Shown here: piece by piece, positions 1 through 12,309 of the stretch
How positions within the stretch are numbered: position 1 is the stretch's first letter
How the letters are laid out: every line of letters starts with the position of its first letter
From: Azolla caroliniana
Lineage: Eukaryota; Plantae; Polypodiophyta
Direction of reading: 5' to 3'
Assembly: GCA_043228905.1 (NCBI GenBank)
Contig: JBHGNT010000011.1
Coordinates: 7,812,001-7,876,000 of the forward strand
Length of the DNA stretch: 64,000 nt
Position numbers and translations under genes: made by a program
The notes under the pieces: model-generated
Told to the model about the DNA's origin: nothing
The model's input: the letters and a program-made list of their open reading frames with translations, nothing else
Databases searched by the model: none

Positions 1-1883
1 AATAGATGTGGCCGAAGCAGTCTCCCCGTATATTGCACAACCGGAAGATGCCGGAGAGGAACCAGATAGAGAATTGCGTCAAGCACAGGAGGCCTTGGAA
101 CGGGAGATGGCAGTATCTCAGCGGGTGAAGGCGTCCCAGCTGGAAGAAGTAAACTTGGGAACCGGAGAGGAAGCACGACCAATGCATATTGCCAAAAAGA
201 TATCACCAGAAAACAAGACGACAATGATTACATTATTAAAAGAATGTCGGGACGTATTTGCTTGGTCCTATGAGGATATGTGAGGGTTGGATCCGTAGCT
301 GTATCACCATCAAATACATCTAAGCAAGGTTGTAGCACAAAGGCGTTATCGAATGAACCCAAACTATGCGGCAAGGGTAAAAGAGGAGATCGACAAATTA
401 CTCTGGGTCGGTTTTATCTGGCCGGTGAAGAAAGCTACTTGGTTGAGTTTGATAGTTGTCGTGCCGAAGAAGAGTGGTAAGATATGGGTTTGCGTCGATT
501 ACCGGAAACTGAATCTTGCAACTGTTACCGATGCCTTTCCACTTCCATTTACGAATGGAGTTTTGGACGCAGTAGCCGATCGCGAGGTTTATAGCTTCCT
601 CGACGGTTTCAACAAATACAATCAAATAAGGATGCACCCCGATGACCAAGAAAAGACGGCGTTCGTCACCGAATGGGGAGTCTTTGTAGCAGTAGTAATG
701 ATGTTCGGACTCAAGACGGCGCCTACTACCTTTCAACAAATAATCATGTACATATTTGGAGAATTCATCCCGGCGTTTATGAAGGTGTTCTTGGATGACT
801 TTCTCGTGTATAGCCGGCAAGGGGAACATCTCGACCATCTCCGGTTATGCCTAGAAAAATGCAGGGGTTAGCAGTTAAGCTTGAACCCGACAAATTGTGT
901 GTTCAAGGTGACCAGTGGAACGCTACTTGGTCATATTGTCAGCAAGGACAAGATAGCCATAGATCCTGATAAGGTCAAAGCAATTTTGGAGGCACGGCAC
1001 TAACGACGGTCAAAGCATTAAGCAGATTCTTAGGACAGATTTGGTGGCATAGCCGAATGCTCAAATACTTGGCAGACCTGGCAACGCCATTACACGTAGT
1101 CATCCACCGAACACCATTTAAATGGACAGAGGAAGAAGACACGGCCTACCGGGTGCTCAAAGTAATGTTATCACAAGCAACGGTGGTACAACCCCCGGAC
1201 CGGTCCAAAGAAATCCATGTGTTTGTTGACGCGTAAGACATAGCAATCGGTAGTGCACTCATGAAGCTGATTGAACCCAAGTGGTACCGGTCGGTATACT
1301 ACGCGAGCCGGAAACTATCATAGGTGGAGCGAAATCACTCCACAATGGAAAGAGAGGCCTTGGGGATGATTTACAGTGTCATGAAATTCCGACACTATTT
1401 GTTGGGCCGAAAATTTTCATTTCACGTAGACCAGTCACATTCAGCACAACACTATTATATTTGGTCTCTAAGGCATCCCTCACCGGCAAGCTGGCCCGGT
1501 GAACATTGTTACTACAGGAATTCGAGTTCGAAATTTATCATCGGCCAGGGATACAGCACGCGGTTGCCGACTATTTGAACCGGTTAGAATCTGGAGAGAC
1601 CAGTGACGGTGTGCTAGATGAGTTTCCGAATGCCGAATTGTTTAAAATAACAGTGGAAACCACGTCGGATAGTACAGTTGCAGACAAGGACAAATGGCCA
1701 ACGAACATGCATCAGTTTTTAAGCACGAGACTACCTTCGGAAGAGATGAACCAAGATGAGCGGAAACAATTGGAGGTCCAGAGCCGACACTTTTGTTTAT
1801 TACAGGATACACTATACCACAAAGGAGCGGATGGCATATGGCGACGAGTAGATCGAAGTGATGAAAAAGAAACCATATTACGG

Positions 1884-4800
1884 TGTCGCGTTGTTACGCG
1901 TGTGCGTGTAGAAGGGCGGGACCACGGGGGTCTCGAACGAGGGAAGAAGGGAAGCCGAGAAGACGATTTCGGGCGCGTTCCGGAAGCAACCGAACAAGAG
2001 AGAGAGAGAAAGAGAGGGAGCACACACTTGACACTGACTCACACACACACACACACCACACCGACTCAACTCACGCCCTTATGTACAGGAAACGTAGGGA
2101 AGGGAAAGCACCCGACACCAACAGAGACACGAATATGCACAGACAGACGCAAATGTATATATTACAAGGGAAAGAATACATCCCCGGCTTTGAGCCGGAC
2201 CAGGGTAGGTTACAGCAGCGGTCTGCTGCCAAGCCGCCGATCGGGGGCTCACGGGCTTGTCGCGCCGAGCAGGGTCTTGCGCAGGAGGCCGGGCTGAAGT
2301 AAACCTACAACAGGGAGATATATAACCCCGGTCATGAGCCAGGTACGCTCAGGAGAAGAGGAGTTGACCTAACAGCTTTCCTCCCATAGCTGCCGCCCGA
2401 GTACTCGAGAAGGAGAAGAAGAAGAAGAAAGAAAGAAGAAGAAGAGACTAACCCTAAACTAACGGTGTACCCTCTAATACAAAATGGGCAACCCCCTCGA
2501 AGAGGGGCGCTCCCTTCCTTTTATAGAACAAGGAGAGGGATGTGTTACAATGTGGGATAAATCCTAACTTAACTACTGTTCAGCGCCATAAAGGCGCCCT
2601 CGTTATTCACACTAAATGTACAAGGGTGAGTGCACATGCTGCACCCCGCCGATGTAGCCAACATTTCCCGGTTTCCGCCTCTGGCCGAAATTCTTCACGA
2701 CATCCGCCCCCACCAAACCGCACGTCCACCGGTACGTGCCAAATCCGGTGAAGGGTGAGAGATTTCGGCCGGTGAGAAAACCGGTCTTCCGTAATCAGCA
2801 TCCTGGCTCGCTGCCAGTTTGAATCGTCGGCTTCAATTCTTCCTTCGCGCTTACCTCCCTGTAGGCTCGTTCGACCCGTCGATGGGTCCTTCGCCTCGAT
2901 CTCCGTAGTACGCGTACTTTTGCTGGCCCTTGTTCGGCTGTATGCACGCTCTGCTCTCCACCGTACGTCCGATGTCCATCGCTTGAGGAACGCCCATTGT
3001 GGTGGCCCGCCTGGCCTCCGTCGACCATTCGCGTGGTCCTGATTGTCGTCCTACGTTGTTCCCCGTTGCCTTCGTCCCCTCGCCGCCACCTTCCTTCTCC
3101 TTGGTCTTACGTCGCCACGTCGGCTCAGACCGCCAAGGTCTTCGGAACGGTATGGAGGTTCCTTCTCCGGTCTTCTACGCACGACCTCCGAACCGGGCGA
3201 CCCATTATTCGCGCTCGCCTTTCCGCTCCGGCACCTCTGTGTGACGTCTTCCGCTTCCTTTGTTCGGCACCGCCCGTGCCGAACACCGTCCCGTAGTCAC
3301 GCTTCGATCCAGCCTGCGATGGCCACTTGCGAGACTCTTGTTCTGCCCCAGGTGTGCCTTTCCGGCCCAACACACCTCCCCGTATTTGCCCCTACCGGCT
3401 CCTTCCGAAACCGTAACCGGCCGGTAGGGGTTTCGCACTTCGTCCACCCCGTCTTACCGACCTTTCTCGATGTCGGGTCCTGTTCCTTGCCGCCACCTTC
3501 CTTCTCCCTCGGTCTTACGTTGCCACATTAGCCGAACAACCGGAGTCTCCGGAACCGGTGTGAAGATCCCATAGGACCGGTCTTCGTTTCGTTGCTTGCC
3601 GAAATTCAGGGTGTCTTTGTTCGAGTCCCTCCCGAACTCTCCTCGTGTCTTCCGCGTAGTCATGTCCCATTTCCCGCCGCTACCTTCTTTCTCCCTTGGT
3701 CTTACGTTGCCACGTTGGCCGAACAGCCGGAGTCTCCGGTCTGGTGTGGGGATCCCGTAGGACCGGACTTCCTTATGCTCGTGACCTTGCCGGTAGGTTC
3801 GATTCGGTTAGTAGCCGCTTCGCCGGCCTAATACCTTCTTTCTTTGCTTCTGTCGTCCGATCACGTTCACTTGCCGCCACCGACCTCTCCTATAGGACTC
3901 ACGTCGGCACTCGGTCCGACCGTCGGATCAGTGTGAGGATCTCCGCAGACCGCCCATCCGCAGTTCCCTCGCCTTCGTCCCCTCGTCGCCACCGATCGCC
4001 ACTCTAGGTCTCACGCCAGCTCTCGGGCCGACCGCCGGAGTCTCTTGAACCGGTGTGAAGGATCCTCCTTGGGCTCCTCGTATCTTTGACCCTTATCCCA
4101 GGTCTTCCTTCCTTCGCCAGCCGAGAGGGTGGCTCAGTCCACACCCTCCCCCGTGGTACCAACGTACCGTGTTCTCGGCCTCTTCGTAGGCTTGCTCTCT
4201 TCCTCCCTCCCGGAATGGTTATCCAGGAGTCCGCTCCGCCCGGTTCTCGTCCGGGTCCGTTCGTCATTCTCCGGATTGTCGGGTCCCGTTCTCTTGTCGC
4301 CACCGACCTCTCCTATAGGACTCACGCCGTCACTCGGGACGACAGCCGGATCGGTGTGAAGATCTCATGGGACCGGTCTTCGTTCTCCTCTTCATCCCCG
4401 TACTTCTCCCGAACTTGTCATCGCTCTCCTTGCTGCGTTTCCGTCTCAATCTTCCATCTCTTTCGGTCTTACGTTGCCACGTCGGCCGAACAACCAAAGT
4501 CTCCGGATAGGATGTGGTGTAACTGATTTCGCAACGTCTTTCGGCGACTCGTCTGGGCCACCGCCCCTTTTAGTGGTGTCGGTGGATAGCATCCGCTCTG
4601 TGATCAATAAGCCTTGCTTGGGCTTGATTCTCCAATGTCTGGAGTTTCGGCTCCGATGCCGACCTTGCCAGACTCGTTCTGAACCTCTGATCACCCTCCT
4701 TCCAATTCCCGACCTTCGCCCGGTCGGTCTTTCTCCCCATGTAAAAGAGGGCGGCTCGTCCCGCACCCTTTCCCGTATCGGCACTTTTATGCCGAATCCA

Positions 4801-5196
4801 GCCTCGATCGAACAATCCACGACCGGATTACACTTCACCCGTATCAGAGCGTCACGCGGTTCGGTCCCTAGTCGGGTTGTTCCTTGGTCTCTTCGTCGAC
4901 CTTTTCGCGGGCCATCTCCCATCCACCTTCGCTGGCATCGTGCCAGGAATCCTTGATACCGTCATCCATCTCCTCGGCCTCACATGGGCATAAGGGCCCA
5001 AACGCCAAGTTCTCCGGAATCGGGTTCGAGGGCTTTCATCCACTCCTTCCCCGTATCGTCTCGCCAGTGATTCTTGGTCTCTCGTGGCCGCCTTCTTCCT
5101 CCCGGGACTCACGTGGGCACTCAGGCCCGACTACCGTTGTCTCGGCAGCAAGCGTGGGAAGACGCAAAGAATCGCTGGCCAAAATTCTTCACGACA
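1884..5196 (-). mobile_element. Non-autonomous gypsy-type LTR element (TGTCGTG family), 5' LTR almost entirely missing
   Basis: Splits the host integrase between ...ETILR and EAHCG; flanked by ACGG at 1880-1883 and 5197-5200. Full LTR 1884-2702 (TGTCGCG...CACGACA); PPT on minus strand at 2703-2727; the distal end (~5175-5196) repeats only ~22 bp of the LTR start. Confidence 0.8.
3095..4520 (-). repeat. Dispersed degenerate internal repeats (GGTCTTACGTTGCCACGT...GGAGTCTCCGGAACCGGTGTGAAGATCCC)
   Basis: Unit recurs near 3102, 3511, 3696, 4005 and 4465. Its reverse complement matches the repeated segment at 8880-8945 in the element at 6771-9982. Confidence 0.7.
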
Positions 5197-6770
5197 ACGG
5201 GAAGCGCATTGCGGAGTCGCCGGAGGGCACTATGCTAGTGAAGCGACATCAAGGAAGATATGGCGCAGTGGGCTATGTTGGCCAACGACACTAAAAGATT
5301 TGGTCCGGTATACGAAGGAATGTGATTTGTCTCAAAGGATGGGCCAACTGACAGAACAGGTGCGGATGCCTCACCAGCCGGTACTACCCTTAGGAACAGC
5401 TTAGAAATGGGGGTTGGACTTCCTCGGGCCATTCAAGCCACCGGCAATGCGAACCAGCAACAGATACATCATCGTCGCCAGGGACTATTGCACCGAGTGG
5501 GTAGAAGCAAAGGCTTTGCGAGATAATACCATGGCATCAACGACGAAGTTCCTGTAGAGTATATTTGGTGCCGGTATGGATGTCCAATCGAATTAATTAG
5601 CGACCAAGGTGGACACTTCCTCAGCCAAGTGGTGGAAAGTCTAACAATGTTTTATGCAGTCGTACACAAGCGAAGCACCCCTTATTGCCCGCAAGCCAAT
5701 GGATTGGCCAAGTCCACCAATAAAACTCTACAGAACATTCTCCGGAAGATCGTCAATGAGAACCGAACCGATTGGGATACAAAGTTGCACAACGCGTTAT
5801 GGGCTTACCGGGCATACGAAACAAGTATCCGGACAACACCATTCCGGTTAGCGTTTGGTCTCGAAGCTGTAATGCCAATTCAGTTCCAGATTCCAAGCTT
5901 ACGGATACAAGTCTGAGAGCGGCTGAGCGAGAAGGAGTCGGAAAAAATCCGGTTAACAGCACTATGCAAGCTGGAAGAGCACCGAATAGCGAGCCTAATG
6001 CAGATGGAACTCAAGCAACAACAAAGGAAAGCATTCGTCGACCGCCACTAGAAGGGTAACAAGACGATGTTTGGCATCGGCAAGCCGGTACTAGTGTTCC
6101 AGACCTGGATGGGCAAGATATCGGGGAAGCTATGGTTCTGGTGGACCGGACCATATTGGATAACGCGAGAGTTCAACGGCTCATATCAGCTGGGAACGTT
6201 CGCCGGCGAAGTGCTGAACAAGTGGGTAAATGGGTTCCGACTTAAACTATATTATGGACCCATGCCACAAAACCCGTTTCATCAACCGGAGAACAATGTG
6301 GAAATAGGCAGTGGCAAGCAGTTGGCTGGCAACCATGAAGAACAACAGACATGGGACGAACGAACACCTCGAAAATAAAAACAACATCATCATGCAGAGG
6401 TCAAGAACGAACAGACACCTCGAACAGGTGTAGTGGCTATTTAAAGCCTAGTTAAAGTGCACCACGTGTCACACAATTGCTATTATAGTACACGACGTGC
6501 ATGCACGGGAATTGAGAAAGGCGCCAACCATGGGAACAAGAAACCTCCGCCTCACAGAGTCTCTTTCATTTCATGAACACAGAGCACTAAGTGCACAAAG
6601 GACAAGACAAGTGAACAGACGAACGCAAGAAGCACAGACAAGCACACCAGCCCTATCTACCCCCGCAAAACCAAAAGACAAGATGGAACCTATGGCACTT
6701 TCCGAAACAACCAAGAAGTGGTTCAACCAACATGGGCTGGGAGGTCTCCTGAGGATAGCAGAGGCACCGC

Positions 6771-9700
6771 TGTCGTGATGTTGTGTGTCCAATGGGAGAA
6801 ATTGTGAAATAGTGTAGTTCCACGCACATTACACAAATGATTATAAATATGAAAATTATCCTAGGGCCTAGTGGTATTCGAGTGCATATAGATTTGAACC
6901 TTGCACCTCCGAGATAGAAAACATTTATCTTACCATTAGGGCAACTACCAAGTACTTTAGATGTTATGTAATTTTTTTTTCATATTCAAAAGGCATAGGA
7001 AAACAACCATACAAAACCGTTTGCACAAAACCATGTTCCAAGCCCATGGTTTTGTGCATGCCACAAGAAAAACCGTGTGCCCAAAAACCATGGGTCCAAG
7101 CCCATGGTTTTGTCCATGGATAGACCTATAAAAACCCTTGTAATTCTTGTGTAAAGGGGGGGGCTCATCATCACCATCAATATAATCTTCTTCTTAATAT
7201 TCTTCTTGAAATCTATCTTCTTCTCAAGTGTAAAATCTTTGATCTTCTCAAGTGTGACATTAGTTTCCTCGATTCCTACATACACATCGTCATCTTTTCT
7301 ACAATTTTGCAAACGTCCTCCCCGGTCTGAGACCCTAGTAATCTCGCTCAAGCGAAGCACGGACGCACGCACATCTTCGCGACATCTTTTTGGTGAACCC
7401 AACATGAAGAGCGGCAGGGTAGGACGAAGATGGACGAGGAATATCTCATGAAGGCAATGTCGAAAATGATGATGGAATTTTCGAGAGAAGGTAAATGATG
7501 AGATGCGACCCAACAAGCCGTTGAAAACATGGTCGAGCGAGTCGGCTATTTCGACGGGGGCATAGTCCAAAAAATTTTAAATGCGTACAATGCCGAGATG
7601 GATTTGAGAGGTGTGAACGAAGCAATGAGGCTAGAGGACTTTGGTCGAGTGGTGGCCGAACCAATCTACAAAGAGATGAAAGAGCTTCAAAAACTTCACG
7701 ATTCATGGGTGTCCTTCGAGGTCTATACGAGTTTGACCAATGGGTGTCATCAATGAAGACTCACAAGAGTGCTATGCATGCATTTGTTGAGTTTGAGTGT
7801 CGCTTCGCTCAACTCTCGGAGAGGGATCAAGGATCGGTGGGGGCGAGTAAAGTCCTTATGTTCGTAAAGTCAGTTGATCGAAAGAAAAGGAAGGCACTTG
7901 GAATCCAACTTGAAGACGATGATGGAGCAAATGGCCTCACCAAGAATTGGGCCGAAGTTGAAAGAGTATGCCGGCGACATGACAAGAGGAAGATGGGAAT
8001 CTTGTCGACATTGTCATGACCCATGCGGGAAGATCTAAGAGGAACGACAGGCAACAATGCGCCACCACTAAAGGAAGACAGCTCGAAGTGGGGAGATAGG
8101 TCGGTACTCGACATAGAAGCCTTCGTAAAGGAGGCATATGAGAGTTTAAAGGTGCAAGTCAAGGCCAAAGAGAAGCTTAGAATGGAGCCAAAACCGAGGC
8201 AATTGGTGATCGACAAAGAGGAGACCTCCCAACAAATGCAGACTAATGATGTGGCCAATACAAAGGCCCAAGTTTGGTACGACAATACCACAGGAGAAGG
8301 TGTGAAACAAGCCACCTTCTCGACTTACGGAGGAACGACGGTCAAGAGAAAGGCCGAAGACTCGAGAGCGGGAAATGTTGGTTTAAGAGTGGATGAGCAT
8401 TTTGGAACACATGTTGTATCTGAAATATCGAGTGATGAAGGTGCAAGCATGAGGAAAGCTTGCGTGATCAAGGGATGTAAAGAGTGCGAGGTCGACATGA
8501 TTGAGGGCGTAGCCACAAGGAACGACATCGAGTCACAGATGGTTATGGAAGAGTCCATGGCGGATGACCATGTCGAGACTTTCCCAACACTTGATCTAGA
8601 GACTTGGGTAGTTGCGTCCGAGAGCCAACATCAGACCCAAGAGAAGAAAGTGGTGGGGAAGCAAATATTGAAGACAATGTGAATAACAACATTGAGCGAA
8701 AGATGGCTATGGATGAGAAGATGGTGACCGATGGTGCCAAGGTTCTCCCCATAATTGTTCTTGAGACTTCGGCAGTTGTGCTCGATTGCCAACGTGAGAC
8801 TGGAGAGACGGAAGGTGGCAACAGGAAATTGAAGGACCAAAACAGTGATGAGGACGACGAGATGAATGATCACAGACGAAGGATCCCTCCACACCGGTTC
8901 CGGAGACTTCGGCAGTTGTGTCCGAGAGCCAACATAAGACCGGAGAGATGGAAGGTGGATGCGAGGAGATGAGGGTCGAAGCCAGTGCATACAGAGGAAC
9001 GGTGGCCAACGAGGCCAAAAACAAAGCTACAATAGAGTTTGATGAAGAGCTAGAGAGCGGCAAGAAAGGAAGAACCGGAATACAATCCGGATGGAAGATG
9101 ACGCGGTTGGTATTCCGACCCAGACGGGAACTGATCAACCGGGCCCAACCCAACCAAAACCCGGACGGAAGCCGACCCCGATGGAAGTCGTTTGTCTGAG
9201 TCCGATTTGGCCAAATGCAAATACAGACGAAGGCCGACCAAGCGAGAAGTTGATTGGTCGAGACCGATTCAGACAGAAGTTGAGCCGACCTAACTGTAGG
9301 TTAAAGCAGACAAGCCGTGACACCCAGTCGAGGCTAGTGAGAATGACGAAAGGCACGCATGAGACGAGAAAGGCCGATCAAAGGAAGTTTGATGACCAAG
9401 GAGATGGTCAAGATGAAGGCGGCACATGTACGATGCATGAAGGGTTACGCTTAGGAGGAGCAAAAGGGGCTATGCCAAGTGGTCATGGCAATGCGAAGGG
9501 CGAGCGAATGATATGGTAGATCGGGTGGCGACGATGGTTCAAGTGGAAGAAATGCATGTGCTCAAAATGGGGGACAAATGCCAACGCAGGCGAGGCATAA
9601 GAAAGAAAGAAATCAAAGGCCAACCACCTTTGAGTCCACCACATCACTCTTTTCTTCTTGGCACATGCCAAAGGATGTGCGGTTTGGTGGGGGTGGATGT

Positions 9701-9982
9701 CGTGATGTTGCGTGTCCAATGGGAGAAATTGTGAAATAGTGTAGTTCCACTCACATTACACAAAAGATTATAAATATGAAAATTATCCTATGAAATAGTG
9801 TAGCTCCACGCACATTACACAAACGATTATAAATATGAAAATAATCCTAGGGCCTAGTGGCATTCGAGTGCATATAGATTTGAACCTTGCACCTCCGAGA
9901 TAGAAGACATTTACCTTACCATTAGGACAACTACCAAGTACTTTAGATGTTATGTAAATTTCTTTTCATATTCAAAAGGCAT
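6771..9982 (+). mobile_element. Non-autonomous gypsy-type LTR element (TGTCGTG family) with degenerate gag-like ORF, no pol
   Basis: 5' LTR 6771 to ~7259 (TGTCGTG...GTGACA); 3' LTR starts 9698 right after PPT GGATGTGCGGTTTGGTGGGGGTGGA (9673-9697), matches 6771-6995 and is truncated at ~9982. Frameshifted gag-like reading 7529-8972. Left flank CCGC. Confidence 0.78.
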
Positions 9983-11090
9983 GGGCCTCTGCGTTCGGAT
10001 CATCCCAGTACTTGGGATATTGAAACGGCATGTCGTCGTCCAGTGTTGGAACGTGGGCTAGTGGTGTCAGAGGTCTTTCCTCCTCCTCCGTCAGAGGTCT
10101 TTCTTCCTTGGTGGGAGGTCTTTCTTCCTCTATGGGAGGTCTTTCTTCCTCTGTGGGAGGTCTTTCTTCCTAGGTGGGAGGTCTTTCCTCCGCTGCTTCG
10201 GGTGTCGGGGGTTGCTTAGACCTTGGTTGGTCTGTGGGTTCCAGCTCTGTCAATCTTGGTTCCGGTGTCGGTAAGGTATCTGATTCCTCGTCCGCCGGTC
10301 CATCTAGGGTGTCATGACTGCTATGGTAATTGGAATGAGCGCTATATTCGCCGTCTGAGTCCGATTCAAAGGCCGAAAACGGTTCTAAACCGCCTTCTCC
10401 TGCAGCTAATGCCTGTAGAAGGGATTCCGCTTCTCGAAGACTACTTAAGCTGCTTCCTTCGTCGGGGTGGAAATCTTGTTGCAAACGGAGTGATTCCTCG
10501 GCCACTCACTGGATCACTTTGGAAAATGATTGATCCGCACAAATCTCTTCCACTGCCTGCTGGAAGGCCTCTCACTTCCACAGTCGCTCGGCAAGTCTCC
10601 TTGCTCGATCCGTAACTGGTTCGTTCGTTGGTCTAGTCATCCATTCCTATTGTTGTTCGCTACGCTTATGCAGGAATCGTGGTCGCCAAAAACTGTGTTA
10701 TTCCTAAGGGTCGGACAATAGCCTAACACAGGGTGTCTACGGAAGACACTTCACCAAAGGGTGTTACGGCGAGGTAACTTAGACTAACGATTGATCAGAC
10801 CTTTATCAACTACTTAAGCAACATATCATGAATCTTAATACACGCGTAAGATAGAAAGTAATTAGCATAGAACGGTAATCAATACACAGAGATAAGACAA
10901 TAGATCTTTATTAATTATCCATCTCCATTTACAATGTAACTGTGCCTTTTTATAGTTCACCAGCTCTGCATACAAAACAGTGCCAACCGGCACACTGATA
11001 TGAACCGGTCCGGATCCGGATCGGCATACTGATTTTGGTCTATCCGTTCACTTCTCAAAATATACTTAATTACTAATTATTCTAATAACA
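9983..11090 (-). mobile_element. 5' fragment of another LTR retroelement (LTR ~10761-11090, PBS-like TGGTGAAG, low-complexity gag-like N-terminus)
   Basis: TGTTA...TAACA-bounded segment, TGGTGAAGTGTC on the minus strand a few bp inside it, acidic/Pro-rich ORF 10170-10505 with a 21-bp tandem repeat (GGGAGGTCTTTCTTCCTCTGT-like, ~6 copies, 10068-10190). Confidence 0.5.
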
Positions 11091-11155
11091 GCTTCCGATA
11101 ATTCCTGCCCTTTCACATTCTGGACTATCCTCCACTCCTTGCCGGCTGGCTAACA

Positions 11156-11298
11156 ATTTCTTCTCTGTCGATGGGTTGGTTCTGTTGATCGTCAGCATGC
11201 AACACAACACAATTGAAAATGCTTGATCAGGAAACCACTCACTTTGATACCAAGTAAAGAAATGAGGAGGCAAGAGTTGTTGTAATGCAGCGGAAGAT

Positions 11299-11359
<61 letters not shown>

Positions 11360-11580
11360 GATAGAGTGAGAGAGAGAGAGCTCTTAAGACAGAGATAGAA
11401 AAGTTGTATATTAACCAAATTGCATCAAAGCATAAGACATCCAACAACAACTAAGTTACAAGGGGTTGGTATAAATACCAACTAAGCTAGGGCAAGTCCC
11501 CTTTCTACTATTTACAAAACTAGCTTGTCCATGAGCTAGTGTGAAACCTATCTATGGGAAGTTGAGTTCGATTCTCAACA
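11156..11580 (-). mobile_element. Copia 5' LTR + PBS + leader fragment (same family as 28865-39675)
   Basis: LTR 11253-11580 aligns with 39355-39675; PBS (TGGTATCAAAG on minus) at 11242-11252; leader matches 39258-39342. Confidence 0.85.
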
Positions 11581-12157
11581 GATGATGATGACAATGACGC
11601 AATAGGAGAAAGAAATAAATGATGATGATGATGATGACAACAACGACACAACGAGAAGGAGAAGGAAAAGGAAAGAGAAAGGAAGAAAGGAAGAAAAAGT
11701 TGAGAAAAAATAAGAGAAGCAGGAAGAAGAAACGAAGAAAAGCGAGGACAAACCGTGAGAAGAAAGAAGAAAAAGAGGAAAAGTGAAGAATAAGAAGAAG
11801 TTATCGATCATAGAGCAGTAATCCGATCGAGGGATTTTCGACCATCGAGAGAAGATCGATGGAGTTTCCGGTCCACGAGAGTTTTTTGGCATAAGCTTGT
11901 GGGTTCGACGTGCAATGCACTCTCTCACGGCATGCCAAGTGTTACTCGTATAAGTGTACGGGAGGGTTAGGTGTAATGTGGTGTGTAAGGTGTAATATGA
12001 AATGTGAATGTGTGAGTGTTAGGTGGGGTAAGTAGGTGTATCTACACCCATTCGGCTTTTTGTAATGATCACATCTTGTGCTATTTAAACCTCACCCATG
12101 GGGCATGGGAGAAAAAGGAAAAAAATATTGAAGTTACCCTCAAACCATGTTTGTCTC

Positions 12158-12221
<64 letters not shown>

Positions 12222-12309
12222 CTCTGTCTGTACATCTCTCTCTCCCCTCACATTAGAACCCCCTTGGGAGGGGGGTGGAGCTGATCTTGGCTCCACCCCC
12301 CACCCATAA

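Larger units (their letters stand above)
1..6770 (+). mobile_element. Degenerate Ty3/gypsy (Athila/Tat-like, non-chromovirus) pol region: RT, RNase H, integrase; interrupted at 1884-5196
   Basis: RT motifs (CVDYRKLN, DAFPLP, FLDGFNKYNQI, MMFGLKTAP, FLDDF) at 353-871; RNase H (REALGMIYSVMKFRHYLLG, QEFEFEIYHRPG..VADYLNRL); integrase zinc finger resumes at 5197 (EAHCGVAGGH), core at 5400-6050, GPY motif (WTGPY) near 6140. Many stops and frameshifts. Confidence 0.9.

Noticed and set aside
2542-5294. Dense overlapping ORFs on both strands
   Set aside because: GC-rich repeat-laden interior of a non-autonomous element; no continuous frame or domain.
11581-12309. Purine-rich segment with ORF 11575-11928
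   Set aside because: Low-complexity Phe/Ser translation; no termini or domain I can assign.
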